A stretch of 64,000 bases of DNA from the NCBI GenBank assembly GCA_017654855.1, contig CM030332.1, forward strand, positions 3,596,001 through 3,660,000, in the 5' to 3' direction. Positions 1 through 12,360 of this stretch are shown here, piece after piece. Position numbers and translations under genes: made by a program. The stretch comes from Podospora anserina. Lineage: Eukaryota. Positions within the stretch are counted from its first letter, which is position 1. Each line of letters begins with the position of its first letter. Below the pieces are notes generated by a model that did no database searches, was not told the origin of the DNA, and was given only the letters and a program-made list of their open reading frames with translations.

Positions 1-532
1 GTGAAGAAGTCGGAGTATCCCCAGGTGTTGTCGTCGTCCAGTCCAGTCCAGTCCAACCGACTCTCACCTCTCTCTCTCTCACATTTTTTTTAATTACGCC
101 TTATTCCACGCCGACCAACCAAGAGAGCTGTGTCTCTACTCGGCATTTCAGCGTTCATTAGCACCCCCATTCCCGATACCAGATAACGCAAGCCGGACTT
201 GCTTGGATATCCAGTCGTTCTCTCGAAACAAAACAACACGATACAGTAATCTAATACTAGCTCTCTGGTCTGGCAACCATTCCTCCGCGAGGACTTGCTT
301 TGCTTCACCAGATTTGCCCCCGGACATCTGGACCTTGAACACGAGCGAGGGCACCCCCGGTTCACCTGGTCTCCTCCCGCTCTCCTCGGCCCAGTCCAAG
401 CCCCACACCCCCCCGGCCCAGCCCTCACACGCCCCCCTTGACCCCCGACCACCTCCGCCCAAGGGTCACCCCCACACCCCTGGTGCTTGTCACTCAACGC
501 AGGTACTTGGACCTACAGAAGGGTTTATACAA

Positions 533-2684
533 ATGTCAACACTACCCCCCAACCACCACGGAGACCTCATGAAATCATCCCAAGTCAACATGGCTACCAC
601 CACCACGACAACGACGACAACAACAACAACAAAGGCCAAGGCTGCCTCCAAAGCCCAGGCCAGTGCCGCTGCCAACCCCAAGCAAAAGACGCAGATGCAT
701 CGCCGCTCAAGAACAGGTAAGCTCTCATCTCACTTGCACAGCTCGTTGGCGAGTTCGGAAGCTAACTCTGGTGACACGTAAAGGATGCTATACCTGCAGA
801 TTAAGAAGAAAAAAGTGCGACGAGGGCTCGCCCATGTGCACTGCCTGCAAGCATCTTGGCCTGGTATGCGAATACAAGCGGCCGATGTGGTGGAGCAACA
901 ACGATGCGCGGAGGAAGCACAAGGACGACATCAAGATGATCATCAAGCGCAAGAAGCTTTCCGAGAAGTCAACACACAGCATCCAGACCTCGGTCAACTC
1001 ACCGCCAGGTCTCTCTCACTCGCTCCCAACCTCTGCTACCTTCTCCGACCCCTTCGACCGCACCCGATCGCAGTCGATTGATTCGCAGTTTGCTTTCAAC
1101 TTCAACAGCCCACAAAGCGACTTCAGCTCCTTCAGCGCGCCACAGATGCACCCCGACTTTTTGTTTGCTCCGTACTCGCCCTATGAGATTGACGTCAAGA
1201 CGGAGAGGCAAATGTTCATCAACGACATCCCAACCCTCAGAGAGTCAACAACAGCCACTTTCAGCACCTACCAGACCCCTCCGCCACCGGGAACAGTCCT
1301 CCCCCAGTTCCCTCTGGAAGGCGAATGGACGGAGCAGGTGTACACGGAGCGGAGGGAGTCATTGGCCGAGGAGACGCTCAACGTCAACTTCTTTGACTTT
1401 GCCCAGGGACCTTCGGTGTCTTCCAGGCAAGTCGCGATTGAGCTGGACGAAGGCGATCAGCGCTTGTTTGATCACTTCATCTCGTCGGTTCTTCCCACCA
1501 TCTTCCCCATCCTCGAGTCGAACCAGCATGGATCCATCAGCTCCGACCTCATCCTCCCGGCGCTGGAGAGCAACAAGGGCTACCTGCACTGCTGCTTGAG
1601 CATCGCCGCTCAGCACTACAAGGCCGCCATGGGTCTTGAGGGTGAGGAGATTGATGGCGACATCATGCGCCACCGCTACGCGACCATCTCTGCTCTGTGC
1701 GAAGCCCTCGCACGCGACGAGGACCACCAGCAGATTCTGGAGGCCGCCCTCGGGCTTATCTTCTTCCAATGCGGCGTCGGCCGCTTCGACGACACGCTGC
1801 CCGACATTCCCTGGCACCAGCACTTCCAAGCCGCCATCTCGTTGGTGCAGAAGCTCGACCTCCCGCGCATCGTCTCGGACCCTAACGAGCCTTTGACTCA
1901 GGCCCCCTTCAACATGACCCTCACCGCGTGGATTGACATTCTCGGCGCCACCATGCTCGGTCGCGCTCCCGCTTTCGCCCACACCTACCGCGAGAAGCAC
2001 CTGTCTCCCACCAACCCCAGCCTGGGCTTGCGCGAGCTGATGGGGTGCGAGGACCGCGTCATGTACCTGATCAGCGAGATCGCCTGCCTTGAGGCCCTCA
2101 AGAAGGACGGCATGGATGACATCACCCTCTGCCAACACGTCCACGTTCTTGGCGACCAGATCGGTTTGACCGAGATGGGCGATGATTCTGTCCCGGTTCT
2201 TCCCTTCAACGCCAACGGCACCCTCAGCCCCAAGCAGCTCTCCAAGAACATCACGGCCGCCTTCCGCCTCGCCGCCAGGATCTACCTCTGCAGCCTCGTC
2301 CCTGGCTTCCACCCCAGCCAGGCGAGCTGTGTCGGTCTTGTCGAGAAGCTCACTTCCGTCTTGGCCACCATTCCCTCTGGCACCGCCGGCTTCGACCGTT
2401 CTCTTTCCTGGGTCTACCTCGTCGGTGGCTCCGTCTCCGTTCCCGGCTCCTCCTTCAGGGCCTTCTTCGAGGACCGCGTCGCGCAGCTGGTCGACCTGGC
2501 CAACTTTGGCAGCTTTGGCAAGGTGACTTGCCTGTTGAGGGAGATTTGGCTCCAGAGCGAGGTCATCAGCCGGGCTTCGTCTCCTGGCTCCAACAACGAG
2601 GAGGTGCAGCAGCAGCAGCCACCCGCGTACATCCACTGGAGGGATGTGATGCAGATGAAGGGGTGGGATTACCTTCTCATTTAA
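533..2684 (+). CDS. pro1: Zn(II)2Cys6 developmental transcription factor Pro1 (ADV-1/NosA/RosA family); join(533..716,784..2684), 694 aa
   Basis: Splicing GTAAGC(717)..GCTAAC..AAG(783) restores [43 protein letters not shown], a C6 binuclear cluster. It is followed by a fungal TF-specific domain and a C-terminal HWRDVMQMKGWDYLLI, which I recognise as typical of the Pro1/NosA family. Confidence 0.93.
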
Positions 2685-3542
2685 AACATTTTTTTACTTT
2701 CGCATTTTTCTTTTGATAGGAAAGACAAACCACCGCGAGGTGTCTTTTTTTGGGGGACAGAGAGACAGGGGGGACGACAGCACTCATCACTGGATCATGG
2801 GGCACAACAACATTAACCTTCCTTCCTTCCGGGACTGGAAAGGAACGGTTTTTCTTCTTTTCTACTTTATTTTCTTTCACTTTTGGCATGTGGATAATTG
2901 GGATTATGTGGGATTGGAAATGATATTTTGGATACCCCTCTGGAAAGGAAAGCATGATACCTGGAGTTTTTTTTTTTTGGGAGGTTTTATATACCATTGG
3001 GTTATCTATTTGTGTGTTGAAAGATGATACATGGCATATCATGAAGGGGTTGGGTGTCGCGGGAAAGGGGAAGAGGAATCTTACATTGAATTTGCGACAC
3101 CTGGGGAAGAAGAGGAAGAGCAAAAAAGCTCAAAAATGAATAAAAAACAAGAGAATAAATTTTTAAAAATTATGGCAATGATGATCGGGATGGTTGATCA
3201 TGTGACTGCTTGTACTCTTACCGGAAGCCACACTTGCTGGCAAACAAACCTCTCTGCTTCCCCCTGTTCCCTTCCAAACTTGGAGAAATTGGTCCAAGAT
3301 GTATAATAGGTAAGTACCTAAGCAGCGAATGTTCAACCACGTTGACTCAGCTCCTTCTGGTGTTCTTTACCATCAGGAAAGTTCAAAACCTTGTTTCTCA
3401 CTCATGACCTCCAACTCTCATCAGCAACAGTCAACCCATTCTCGATCCATCAGATTTTCCAAAATGTGAATAAGTATAAAACGGCAAAAGACTTGAATTC
3501 TTTCGACTCCCATCATCAACTCCCATCATCAAAACAGCTCGC

Positions 3543-5243
3543 TCACCTAACAACCGGCGTAAGCCTCACATTGACAGCCCCCTTCTCCCAGAGCACATAA
3601 ATCCTCTGCTTATTCCACTCCTCACTCTCCGGCATCAACTCCAAGTCGAAATTCCACAACAACCTCGCCATGATCAACCTCATCTCAGCATACGCCAAAT
3701 TCCTCCCAATACAATTCCTCGGCCCGACCGAAAAAGGCTGCAGCACCCCCCGCACATCATCAGCATATCTCGGGTCGCCGAGCCAGCGTTCGGGAACAAA
3801 TTTCTGAGGATCGCGAAAGTTGGAAGAGGATTGGTACGAGGCCCATTGAGGGACTGCTACTGATGTCTGTGTTTGCTCAAGAGTCAATTGGCTGGACACA
3901 AGGGGGGGGGGGAGGTTCGTTTTGCTTACATTACCGGGAATCCAATACCCTTCTATATACTCCCCCTTTGGGGGAACCCGTCTCGGCAAAGCGAGCGGTG
4001 TAGGGGGATCTATTTCCATCAGCACCACCACCACTAATTTTGAGATGAAGAAAAACTTACACATCCTAAACCCCTCCTCCAAAACCGCCTCCAAATACTC
4101 CAACCCTCCCACCGCCACCAAATCAATCTCGTCCTCCCTGCCAAACCTCCCCCTAATCTCCTTGACCAGTTTGTCATACTTGTCCCTGTTCTTCAACAAC
4201 CAAAACGTCGTCCCGCTCAGCTGCGTAGCAGTAGTCTCACTCCCAGCGATAATAAGCAAACTACTATTCTCTATAATCTCCCCCTCGCTCATCCCCTTCT
4301 CGTCATTATGCCTCAGGATATAGCTCATGAAGTCCCCCCTTTCCGTCCCCCCTGCCTCGAGCCGTTTCTTGGCTGTCTTCTCGCTCAACGCCCGGTGCTC
4401 CTTTTGGCTTTGTACCAGGTGCTTAGGCAAGAGGAATGTCTTGAGACAGCCGAGAAAAGGGTGGCGACGGAGAACCTCGAAAAACACGCCGAGCTTGATG
4501 TTGGAGAAGATGAGGGATACCCAGGGGTGGTAGGCGGCTGAATCGAGACAGTTGAAGGGCTGACCAAAGGCGAGGTCGCCGATCAGGTCAAAGGTGGTGA
4601 AGTTGAACCACTGGACTATGTCGACTGCTACGTTTGCGTTGGCTTTGGCGGTGAGCTTGGTGATGAGGAGGGTGACGTAGTGGTTCAGGATGTCCTCTTG
4701 GGCGCGGAGGGCTTTTTCGGAGAAGGCGTGGGAGAGGAGGCGGCGCTGGCGGCGGTGGTCGAGGTCGGAGGCGATGATGATGTGGGGGTGGCCCGAGGGG
4801 GTTGGGCGGTAGGCGGTGGGGTCTTTGGGGAAGGTTTCTTGACCGGGAAGGTGGCGGTGGCCGTAGATGGTTTTCCAGGCGGAGGGGGTGGTGAAGGAGA
4901 TGTTGTCGGGGGTGTAGCGGACCGCGGGGCCGTACCGGTCGTGGAGGTCTTTGAGTTTGTGGGGCCAGTTGCCGCGGAGGGCGTGGTAGAGGTAGGGGAG
5001 GTCCCAGAAGGAGTAGAGCTTGGGGCCGGGGATTTTGGAGAGGGGGTGGAGGAAGGCGTAGTAGATGCTGCGGAGGAGGAAGATGGAGAGAGACTGGGGA
5101 GTGGTTAGTTTTCTGGTGCTGGGGTGGTGAAGCTGATGCTGACGACTTACCCCAGCTAGTGCTACCCCCAGTACTCCCATGGGGCCCAGAGAGCCGTGTT
5201 CCGATATGCTAAGCATTGTCATCATTGAAGACTTATAGCTCAT
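3543..5243 (-). CDS. Cytochrome P450 monooxygenase (TRI11/CYP65-like); complement(join(3543..3866,3930..4009,4061..5093,5151..5243)), about 509 aa
   Basis: N-terminal hydrophobic anchor, then IPGPKL, I-helix AGSETTAT, ExxR (EEGFRMYPP after splicing), PERW, and heme motif FSVGPRNCIG. Three GT..AG introns of 57, 51 and 63 nt. The exact start Met is uncertain. Confidence 0.93.
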   Translation of the reverse strand: MSYKSSMMTMLSISEHGSLGPMGVLGVALAGVSRQHQLHHPSTRKLTTPQSLSIFLLRSIYYAFLHPLSKIPGPKLYSFWDLPYLYHALRGNWPHKLKDLHDRYGPAVRYTPDNISFTTPSAWKTIYGHRHLPGQETFPKDPTAYRPTPSGHPHIIIASDLDHRRQRRLLSHAFSEKALRAQEDILNHYVTLLITKLTAKANANVAVDIVQWFNFTTFDLIGDLAFGQPFNCLDSAAYHPWVSLIFSNIKLGVFFEVLRRHPFLGCLKTFLLPKHLVQSQKEHRALSEKTAKKRLEAGGTERGDFMSYILRHNDEKGMSEGEIIENSSLLIIAGSETTATQLSGTTFWLLKNRDKYDKLVKEIRGRFGREDEIDLVAVGGLEYLEAVLEEGFRMCKFFFISKLVVVVLMEIDPPTPLALPRRVPPKGEYIEGYWIPGNVSKTNLPPPLVSSQLTLEQTQTSVAVPQWASYQSSSNFRDPQKFVPERWLGDPRYADDVRGVLQPFSVGPRNCIGRNLAYAEMRLIMARLLWNFDLELMPESEEWNKQRIYVLWEKGAVNVRLTPVVR

Positions 5244-5801
5244 GAATTAAAAAAAAAAAGAACCTAAGAACAGACGAGGAGGTCGCAGTCTTATAGGTAT
5301 GTAGACCTGGCATAGCTGCGTAAATTGCTCAACATCCTTTTACCTCATCGTTTGAGGGGAAAGCAACCCTAGGCGGAAGCCACCCTAGCCGGTACATAAC
5401 TGAGGTGTCGTCAAAAGTGTCATTGGAGACATTTCTCGCTACAACTGTAGGGACGGGTATATGTATGCATCACGGACGTTACAATTCCCGTTACCGGTGG
5501 ACCATTCCGGGGGCCATCCAAGCAGATCTCTCTAGATCGGACGTATATCCTGCCGGCTCGGGGTTTTTGGACAGTCCGTCACCTATCAGAACTCGCCGTT
5601 TTGTTTTTTTTTGCTATCTGGATAGGAGACATAGATATGTTTCCGTCAAGTCGGCAGATGAGATAGTAGAGATTTGTAGAGATCTATAGCATAGTTGGCG
5701 CCCCGCTAATACTGTGACACAAACATCGATGCTAGATACCTAGGGTGACATTCAGATGACCACTTGAGCTTACTCACAAACCATTTCTTCCCAAACGGGA
5801 T

Positions 5802-5838
5802 AGTATATATATATATATATGTATATATGTATATATAT
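5802..5838. repeat. (TA)n-type microsatellite
   Basis: TATATATATATATATGTATATATGTATATATAT-like run between the divergent P450 and hypothetical genes. Confidence 0.85.
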
Positions 5839-6303
5839 GGGCATCTCTTCATCATCAGATGGTTAGGTATGTTGAGTTCCACAAATTTGTTAAGGTAGGT
5901 CTGTCGCACCTTCTCACGTTGACCAGATCAGGTCGGCCATCGGCACATATGAAATACCTATCTAGGCACCAAAATGGCAGTTGCACCTTCCATGTTACCT
6001 CATGTCGAGGATTCACCTGTGGCTCGTTGCTTCCCCCTCAGGCGGGCAGTCACCATGGACGGTCCCGAACCCGGAAGAAGTCAGCTGTCTTTTGTTGTCG
6101 TTTGCTGTCGTTTGCTGTCCTCTTCTCACGACAACTTCATCATCACCCATTTCGGGGACCTGGTCTCCTACCCCCGTCTTTCTCTATGTCTTGGACACAC
6201 AACGTTCAGCAATAGCTCTGCCGAGCCCCGAAGCGATTGATTGATTACGGTATCGATCTATGACTCGGGCTTTTTTTGGTGCTGGAGAGGTTCCAGGTTT
6301 ATC

Positions 6304-9300
6304 ATGGAGCCGCCCATACACATCACGCGGCGGTCCCGAAGCCACGGCGCTCTCAACAGAAGCTATTCGAGTACATCCGCTTCCGATTCGTCTCGTCTCC
6401 ATCGACCACGTCGTGCCCATTCCCGTCAGCAGCTGCGCAGCGTCAACAAAAACTCATCTCTACTCGTATCCCCAGGTCCCCTGGAGAGCATGCTCAAGAC
6501 CACCACCGAGACGGGGGATATCGGTTTGTTCTCCATCAGACCAGCTCGCTCGTCAGGGAATTTGCAAGCTTCTTCACCCCGTCGGAGACCAGCTTATGGC
6601 GGAACACCGCTCAACAGACGTCCCAATGGCGATGGGATGAGGAGTTATAGTCTCCGGGACGACCGAAGATGGCTACCATCATATCGAGACACCACATCCG
6701 AGATCATCTCCATGTACGGATCCGATAGCCGGTACTCTGCCTCCGCCTCAAGCGCACTTACACGCCCATGTGACGACATGGGAGATAGGTCTTACTCCAT
6801 GACAACGTGTAGCTCACACCGCCCGCCGAGTCAAAAAACATCAGGGGACCTCCAGAGCCAGCAGCAGGAAGGCTATCTCCAGAGGCCTCGCTCTCCCTAC
6901 CCATACCCAACGAGGCTTAAACGGCCAGGGGTTCGGCCCGCTTCACCAGCCTTGACGGAGAATGGGGCCGTCGATTATAGTAAAATGGTTGGGATTGATA
7001 GGGTGTCTCTCGTGAGTCTATGTCATTTGCTATGTCGACTATTCTGACCATGTCCAGCGCACCGTTCACGGTTCGTACAAGCCGACCTATCCTCAGTATG
7101 GCAATCGACAAGTACCGCGGCTTCGCCAGGATGGCACCAGCTCAAGTGAATCGTTTTCGAGTTACGCTGCGGCCGAGAAGCATAGTCTTTCTGCCGGCCT
7201 GCCCCTGTCCCCCGCTCCGTGGGGCCATCGTTACCGCGGTCGTCTTGGGAGCAGCGCATCTGAACACAGCCTTAGGACTTCTAGTTTAACATCGATTCTT
7301 AACATGTACCAACGTTCGACGTGTGGGCCACCGACCCGGGACCCGTCTCTTCGCGTGAAACCACCGGGCACCTTCTATTACGATTACTCGGAAGGTTTCG
7401 ATTACACGAATGATAGCCCTCCGCCGTTACCTGACCTTCCCTCTGACATTGTAACCCGCTCCACGAGTGTTTGTCAGTCGCGGGATATGGATAATGTCGT
7501 CAAGCATCACTGCCCGCCTTCCGGGCCAACACTGCGCTCCGAGGAAGACATCCCAAGCCTTGGGACGCAAGCCCGGAATTCGGAGGAACTCGATTCGCAA
7601 AGCCGAGAAGATCAACTTAGCCCTCAAGACACACCAAGGCAGAAGCCCCAGAACGAAGAATCCAATGCTGATAGTCTGGACGAGGACAGCTCTCGGTTCG
7701 ATGCTGAGCGTTCTCCTTTTTCGCACTCACGAAGATACGAAGAAGAAGAATGGAGTGTCGGTACAGCAGTCGTTCGTCGACGACAAAACACGAGTCTGAC
7801 CGTCAGGAGTGACTTGCAGTTCTCAACACCGAAAGCTGTGCGAGTTTCTACCACTAGAAGCTATGAAGAGAATATGCGGCGCCTGGCAGTTTCTCCCCCT
7901 AAGCTGGGTCCCTTGGCAGACTACACTCACAGTTCCTCACCGGCCCATTATCGTCAGAGGAGAGCTGTATCCTCACCGCTCAGAGTTCAGACGCGGCGAA
8001 ACACGACCTATCCAAGAGGTTTCGGTCACTGCGGGCTTGCATCAATGGAAGAGTCGTCGGATGGAATCGTCGGCACAGATGCACAGGATGAGTTTGCGAC
8101 ATCAGAAGACGGCATGGGCCGTTCAAATACGTATCTCTCGAGTCTGCCAGCCGCGGAAACGGGTGGTCATTTTCTTCGGCCTTTACATGTGGACGACCCA
8201 GCATCCCGAGGCCACAAAAGAAATCTTGCGATGCACACGATAAACACCAACGACCTGCGGAATCTGACCGAGGCTGAAATCGGCTCGATCGTTGACCGCT
8301 CCCGAACGCCCATGTTGGCACCACATCCCATCTCGCCAGCGAGGCAACTCCGGCTACAGAACAGCGTGCCGCAGCTCATGAAGGCCTTGCCTCGGTCGCC
8401 GGGTATTCCTGTTCGAAGCGAATCTTGTTTCGCCAACTTTTACAGTCAAGATCTCGAATACACAACGGGCTTTTCTACCCTTGATCCTTCTAGCTTCGGT
8501 GTCGAGCAACCAACTATGGTTGACCCCATGTTTCCATACGGCTCAGATCAACAAGAGCCAAAGTTCAAGACGCCGTCTTCGCCGTTGGCTTCTGCCGTGG
8601 TTCCAGAAGAGCTAGGAGATGATGGAGTATATGCTGATTCGAGAGAGAAGCCAAGGCGCTCGGGCTCACGAAACAGTTCGCGAAATAGTAAGCTGAAGCT
8701 CAAGGTTTCCCGAGGTGCTCTCAGCAAAATGCATGCGGAAGGCATCGGAGGCAGGAGAAACACGGCCGCTGGGCCAGCAGGAGAATGGTCTGGACCACAT
8801 CCCAAACCACGGGGTCGGCCTTCCAGACACCACATGAATCCAGGGGTAACAAACATGGACAGCCTGGTAGAGTCAGCCGCAGAAGCCGAGAAGACTGACA
8901 CATGCGATCAAGAGGTTGCTTTCCTCGACAGCCCTTGTTCAAGCATTCCGGCGCCTGCAATACCAGACTCTCACCAAGATGATGTTGGCGATAAGTCATC
9001 ACCGGCCACACAGGGTCCTAGGGAAGTGACTAGTCCAACGGCTCGGAGTGAGGCGCGGAGCTCACTTTCACACGACAGCTGCGTCAGTGGGCAATCGCCC
9101 CGAGGGCTGAAGAAACGCTTCCCGGATTTACGAGTTCGCCTGGCGGAGTCCCGGTTGAGGTCGGCCGAAACACTGACTCCAGACGGGAGGATAGGGGAGG
9201 TGATTGAGGTGGTCCTTACTCCTCCTGTCGAGGCACCCATGTCGGAGTCTGGGCATGGCTCCAAGGTGAATCTGACGACGAAAGATGGAGATGGTGATAA

Positions 9301-9430
9301 CAACGCCAGTGATGAGGGAGCTGCTGGGAAGCATCAAGGAAAAGGGTTCAGGGGGAGGATGTCGAGATGGTTCAAGGCTGCGAGGCAGGTGGTTATGGGG
9401 GCCTGTAGTGGGTCGGGGAAACGAGGTTGA
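6304..9430 (+). CDS. Uncharacterised Ser/Arg/Pro-rich, largely disordered protein; join(6304..7011,7058..9430), about 1026 aa
   Basis: A 46-nt intron GTGAGT..CTGAC..CAG joins ORF 6241..7047 to ORF 7304..9430, and the frame 7058-7303 has no stop (read manually). Contains short motif-like blocks (LESMLKTTTETGDIGLFSIRP, PYPYPTRLKRPGVRPASP, FYYDYSEGF, PISPARQLRLQNSVPQLMKALP). No domain recognised. Confidence 0.8.
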
Positions 9431-10247
9431 TGGTTGGAGTTTTTTTTTTGGGGGTGGTTAAGGCTTGGTTTGGCTATTGATGTAATACATGTCATGTGCT
9501 GGCCTGGCCTTAGTTTGGTCATTTCACTCGTTTGGTGTTGGGGTTTTATGGTTTCTGTAGCAGGTGTTGATGATACCAGGCTGTTGACAGGGACCGGGTG
9601 GTGTTTAAGGGGGATGTCTGGTGAATGGGAGGGCTGTTAGATTACTCAAAGAGGGAGAACTGAGTTTTTTCTTATGATTTTTGGCATTGTTGCAGTTTCC
9701 GTTTCTAAACTTTTGAGGTGACGATTGTTCCCTAGGCTAGCCAGTTGCTCTTCCCTCGCTCGATACTCGTCAGCGGCGGCCAGTCCGGACTGCCAAATGT
9801 CCGCTACTGTCCAACGGTCGACACTACCCCCTCTCGTGCCAAGGGTGGGCTTGGGCAAGCAGAGAATAGAGTTTTGTCCTTGTCCCATCCACCTCTTGTT
9901 TGTTTGACTTTGTCTGATAACGCCGACGAGCAGGCATTCTTTTTTTATTTTTTATTTTTTGCTTTGGGGTGGATGGATGTATTTGTTATTTTCGAATTCA
10001 TCTTACATGCCGTCAACGTCGTAGCCTTTTTGATTGAGGTTGCTGTCGTTGTGGACGGGGTGTTGGGGGGTTGATGGGATACAATCGATGATCACGACAT
10101 TTTCTTCTTCTTCTTCTTTTTTTTCTTTTCTTTTTCGATTGAAGGATTTGATGTGTTTTTGACGACGAGCATCAAAACGCCAGTTTTCGACAGATGATTT
10201 CTCGCTCGGGACCCTTCTGACCTCGACCACATCTTCATTATCACGCG

Positions 10248-11983
10248 ATGGAACACACGTTAGACCACCACCACAGTAAGGGGAAGGGGAAAATACACGA
10301 CATGGCAACGGACGGGAACGGTGCTACCACCACAACCGCGCAAGAATTCCCTCTCCGTCGAAGATCAAAACCGCCGCTTAAACCCGACGAGCCGGGGGAG
10401 GGGAGCGGGTCGAGGACGCCGCCTCCTGGGGATGAGGATGCTGAGGTGGTGGGTGGGGGGTCTGTTAGGTACATTTCTGATTTGGACGGGGGGGACAGCA
10501 GGGGGGTGGTTGATGAGGGAGGGAAAGAAAGAAAAAGGGGGGGCGGGTTGAGGGAAAGGTTTAGGGAGTGGGGGAGGAGGTTGAGGTTGATTTGTGGGAG
10601 GAGGGGGGGGAGGAGAAGAAGGAAAGGGGTTGACAAAGGGAAGGGGAGGATGGTGGCGACAGAAGGGGAGGGGGATCAAGAGGGGGATGGGGTGGTGGTG
10701 GTGGAGGTGGGGGGGCGGGAGGAAGAAGGAGAGGAAGAGGAAGAGGAAGAGGAAGAAGAAGGGATGTATAACACGTTGCCGCGGCCGCTGTCGTCGAATC
10801 CGGTGAGCGGGTTGGGTGAGACGCACCCTGCTCTGAGGCCGGGGGTGCCGGGGGAGGGGGTTGACTTTTTTGATAACCCTCCTCCGAATACACAGGATCA
10901 ACAGCTGGCGACGGTGAGAGAGGTGATGGGGTCAGGGCCGAGGAGGTTTGCTCCCGCTCCTGTTGTTATGACGGCGACGACGACGCCTGCTTTACCGCGA
11001 CTACATGATCCCTCCTCCTCTATCTCGCAACATGGTGGGTTTGATCATCACCGACAACAACACCAACACCAACCGGTAATCATCCACTCGCCGCACCCCA
11101 TCGCCGACACGTATACCCACGAGGAGGATTGGGCGCGTGTTCACCAGGCCAGGGCGAGTCAGCATCTTGCTCCACGACCGTTGTTGTCACAGCATCAGCA
11201 GCAAACAATCATGATACCGGAACGGCACTCGAGCAAGTGGAGAGCGAGGAGTTTTTACTCTGGTAGCTTCAGGACCCGGTCGCAGTGCGGGAGCTTTGAC
11301 AGCAGGACGAGCTGGAACCCGTTTGATTTGCCGGGGCCGCCGAAGAGGACGCTGATGAGCGATATGGAGAGTTTGTTGGGCGGGAGGGGGTGTTGGGGAG
11401 GAGGTCGCAGGGGAGTAGTAGTATGGGGCAGAGGCAGGGGGGCAGTAGTTTTCCTTGGCCACCGACTAATTCGGTGAAGACGGGGAGGAGCAGTACGATT
11501 GAGCAGCCTGATTCGGCGGTTGGTGGGGTGGGGTTGAGGGGGGATGATGAGGATGGGTTTATGCGCGGTGATGCTGCGAACAAGACTGTTGTCTCGTCTC
11601 ACACGCCAACCCCGATGTCTGTTCGGAGTCCCCCGACGGCGACAAAGACTACGCTCGGGAGGGATCCGTCAAGGAAAACGGATGGGTCTAATACTGGGAT
11701 GACGTCGTGGAGTGGGACGGGGAGCGAGACGGTGAACGACGCGGTGCTTGGTAGACTAGGAGAGCAGAGGAGAAAGAGTGGTGGGGCGGGGAGGCGAGAC
11801 GAGGACGAGGAGGAAGTCGAGAGGACGGGAGTGAAGGATGGGGCGGAGACTTCTACTGGCGAGGCCGGGGTTGAGGGGGGGAGGCTGGGGAGGGGAGGAA
11901 GGTTTGTTAGGGACAGTTACCCGAGAGGTGGAGGGATTCGGCGTATGAGAAGTAATGGATGGGTAGTCTTTTCTGGAGATTAA
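10248..11983 (+). pseudogene. Low-complexity hypothetical protein with an apparent 1-nt frameshift near 11381-11390 (pseudogene or homopolymer sequencing error)
   Basis: ORF 10248..11477 degrades into Gly/Arg-rich text after SDMESLLGG. ORF 11390..11983 continues in a similar style (LGRRSQGSSSMGQRQGGSSFPWPP). Adding one G in GGCGGGAGGGGG fuses the two into about 578 aa. Confidence 0.55.
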
Positions 11984-12042
11984 AGCTCTCTTTGGTCAGG
12001 GGGGTCGTTGGTTTGGAATTGTTTGTTTGGATTCGGTTCAGG

Positions 12043-12090
12043 GTTGAATAGGGGGTGTTGAATAGGGGGTGTTGAATAGGGGGTGTTGAA
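12043..12090. repeat. 14-bp tandem repeat (GTTGAATAGGGGGT) x3.4
   Basis: Three perfect copies plus GTTGAA, read directly, lying between two convergent genes. Confidence 0.9.
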
Positions 12091-12360
12091 CAGCGGAGTA
12101 TGCAGAGCAGCGTCGAATACCTAATAAGGACTTGGCTACAGCAGGCAGGTTGTTAGATAGATGTAGTATAATATTATATAGCTAATGATTTTCCTTTCTA
12201 CACGTTTGTGTTTCTGTCTTGCCGGGTATGTTGGTGTTGAGTTATTACTAGTATACCACCCCCCCCCTATATTCACTCCTGAAACTATGTATTAACGACT
12301 CCCTGCCTATTTATATCCTCCAACTCCATGTCATCATTTGCCAACCCTACAGACAAAATT

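Noticed and set aside
1359..2636. 425-aa antisense ORF over pro1
   Set aside because: A shadow of C-ending codon bias in the sense gene; no recognisable motifs.
533..5243. Zn2Cys6 TF next to a P450 as a secondary-metabolite cluster
   Set aside because: The TF is the conserved developmental regulator Pro1, and there is no PKS, NRPS, terpene synthase or transporter in the window. Sequence left of the window is unseen.
5600..5900. TpA-rich intergenic patch as a RIP-degraded transposon
   Set aside because: Too short, with no terminal repeats or coding remnants; resembles ordinary intergenic DNA.
9646..10308. Minus-strand ORF pieces that look protein-like, with a GTAAGA donor at 10006
   Set aside because: No convincing branch point or acceptor and no good start. 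The charged text derives from T-rich leader sequence of the plus-strand gene.
12043..12090. Short direct repeats as a possible CRISPR-like array
   Set aside because: No spacers and a eukaryotic context; this is a plain minisatellite.
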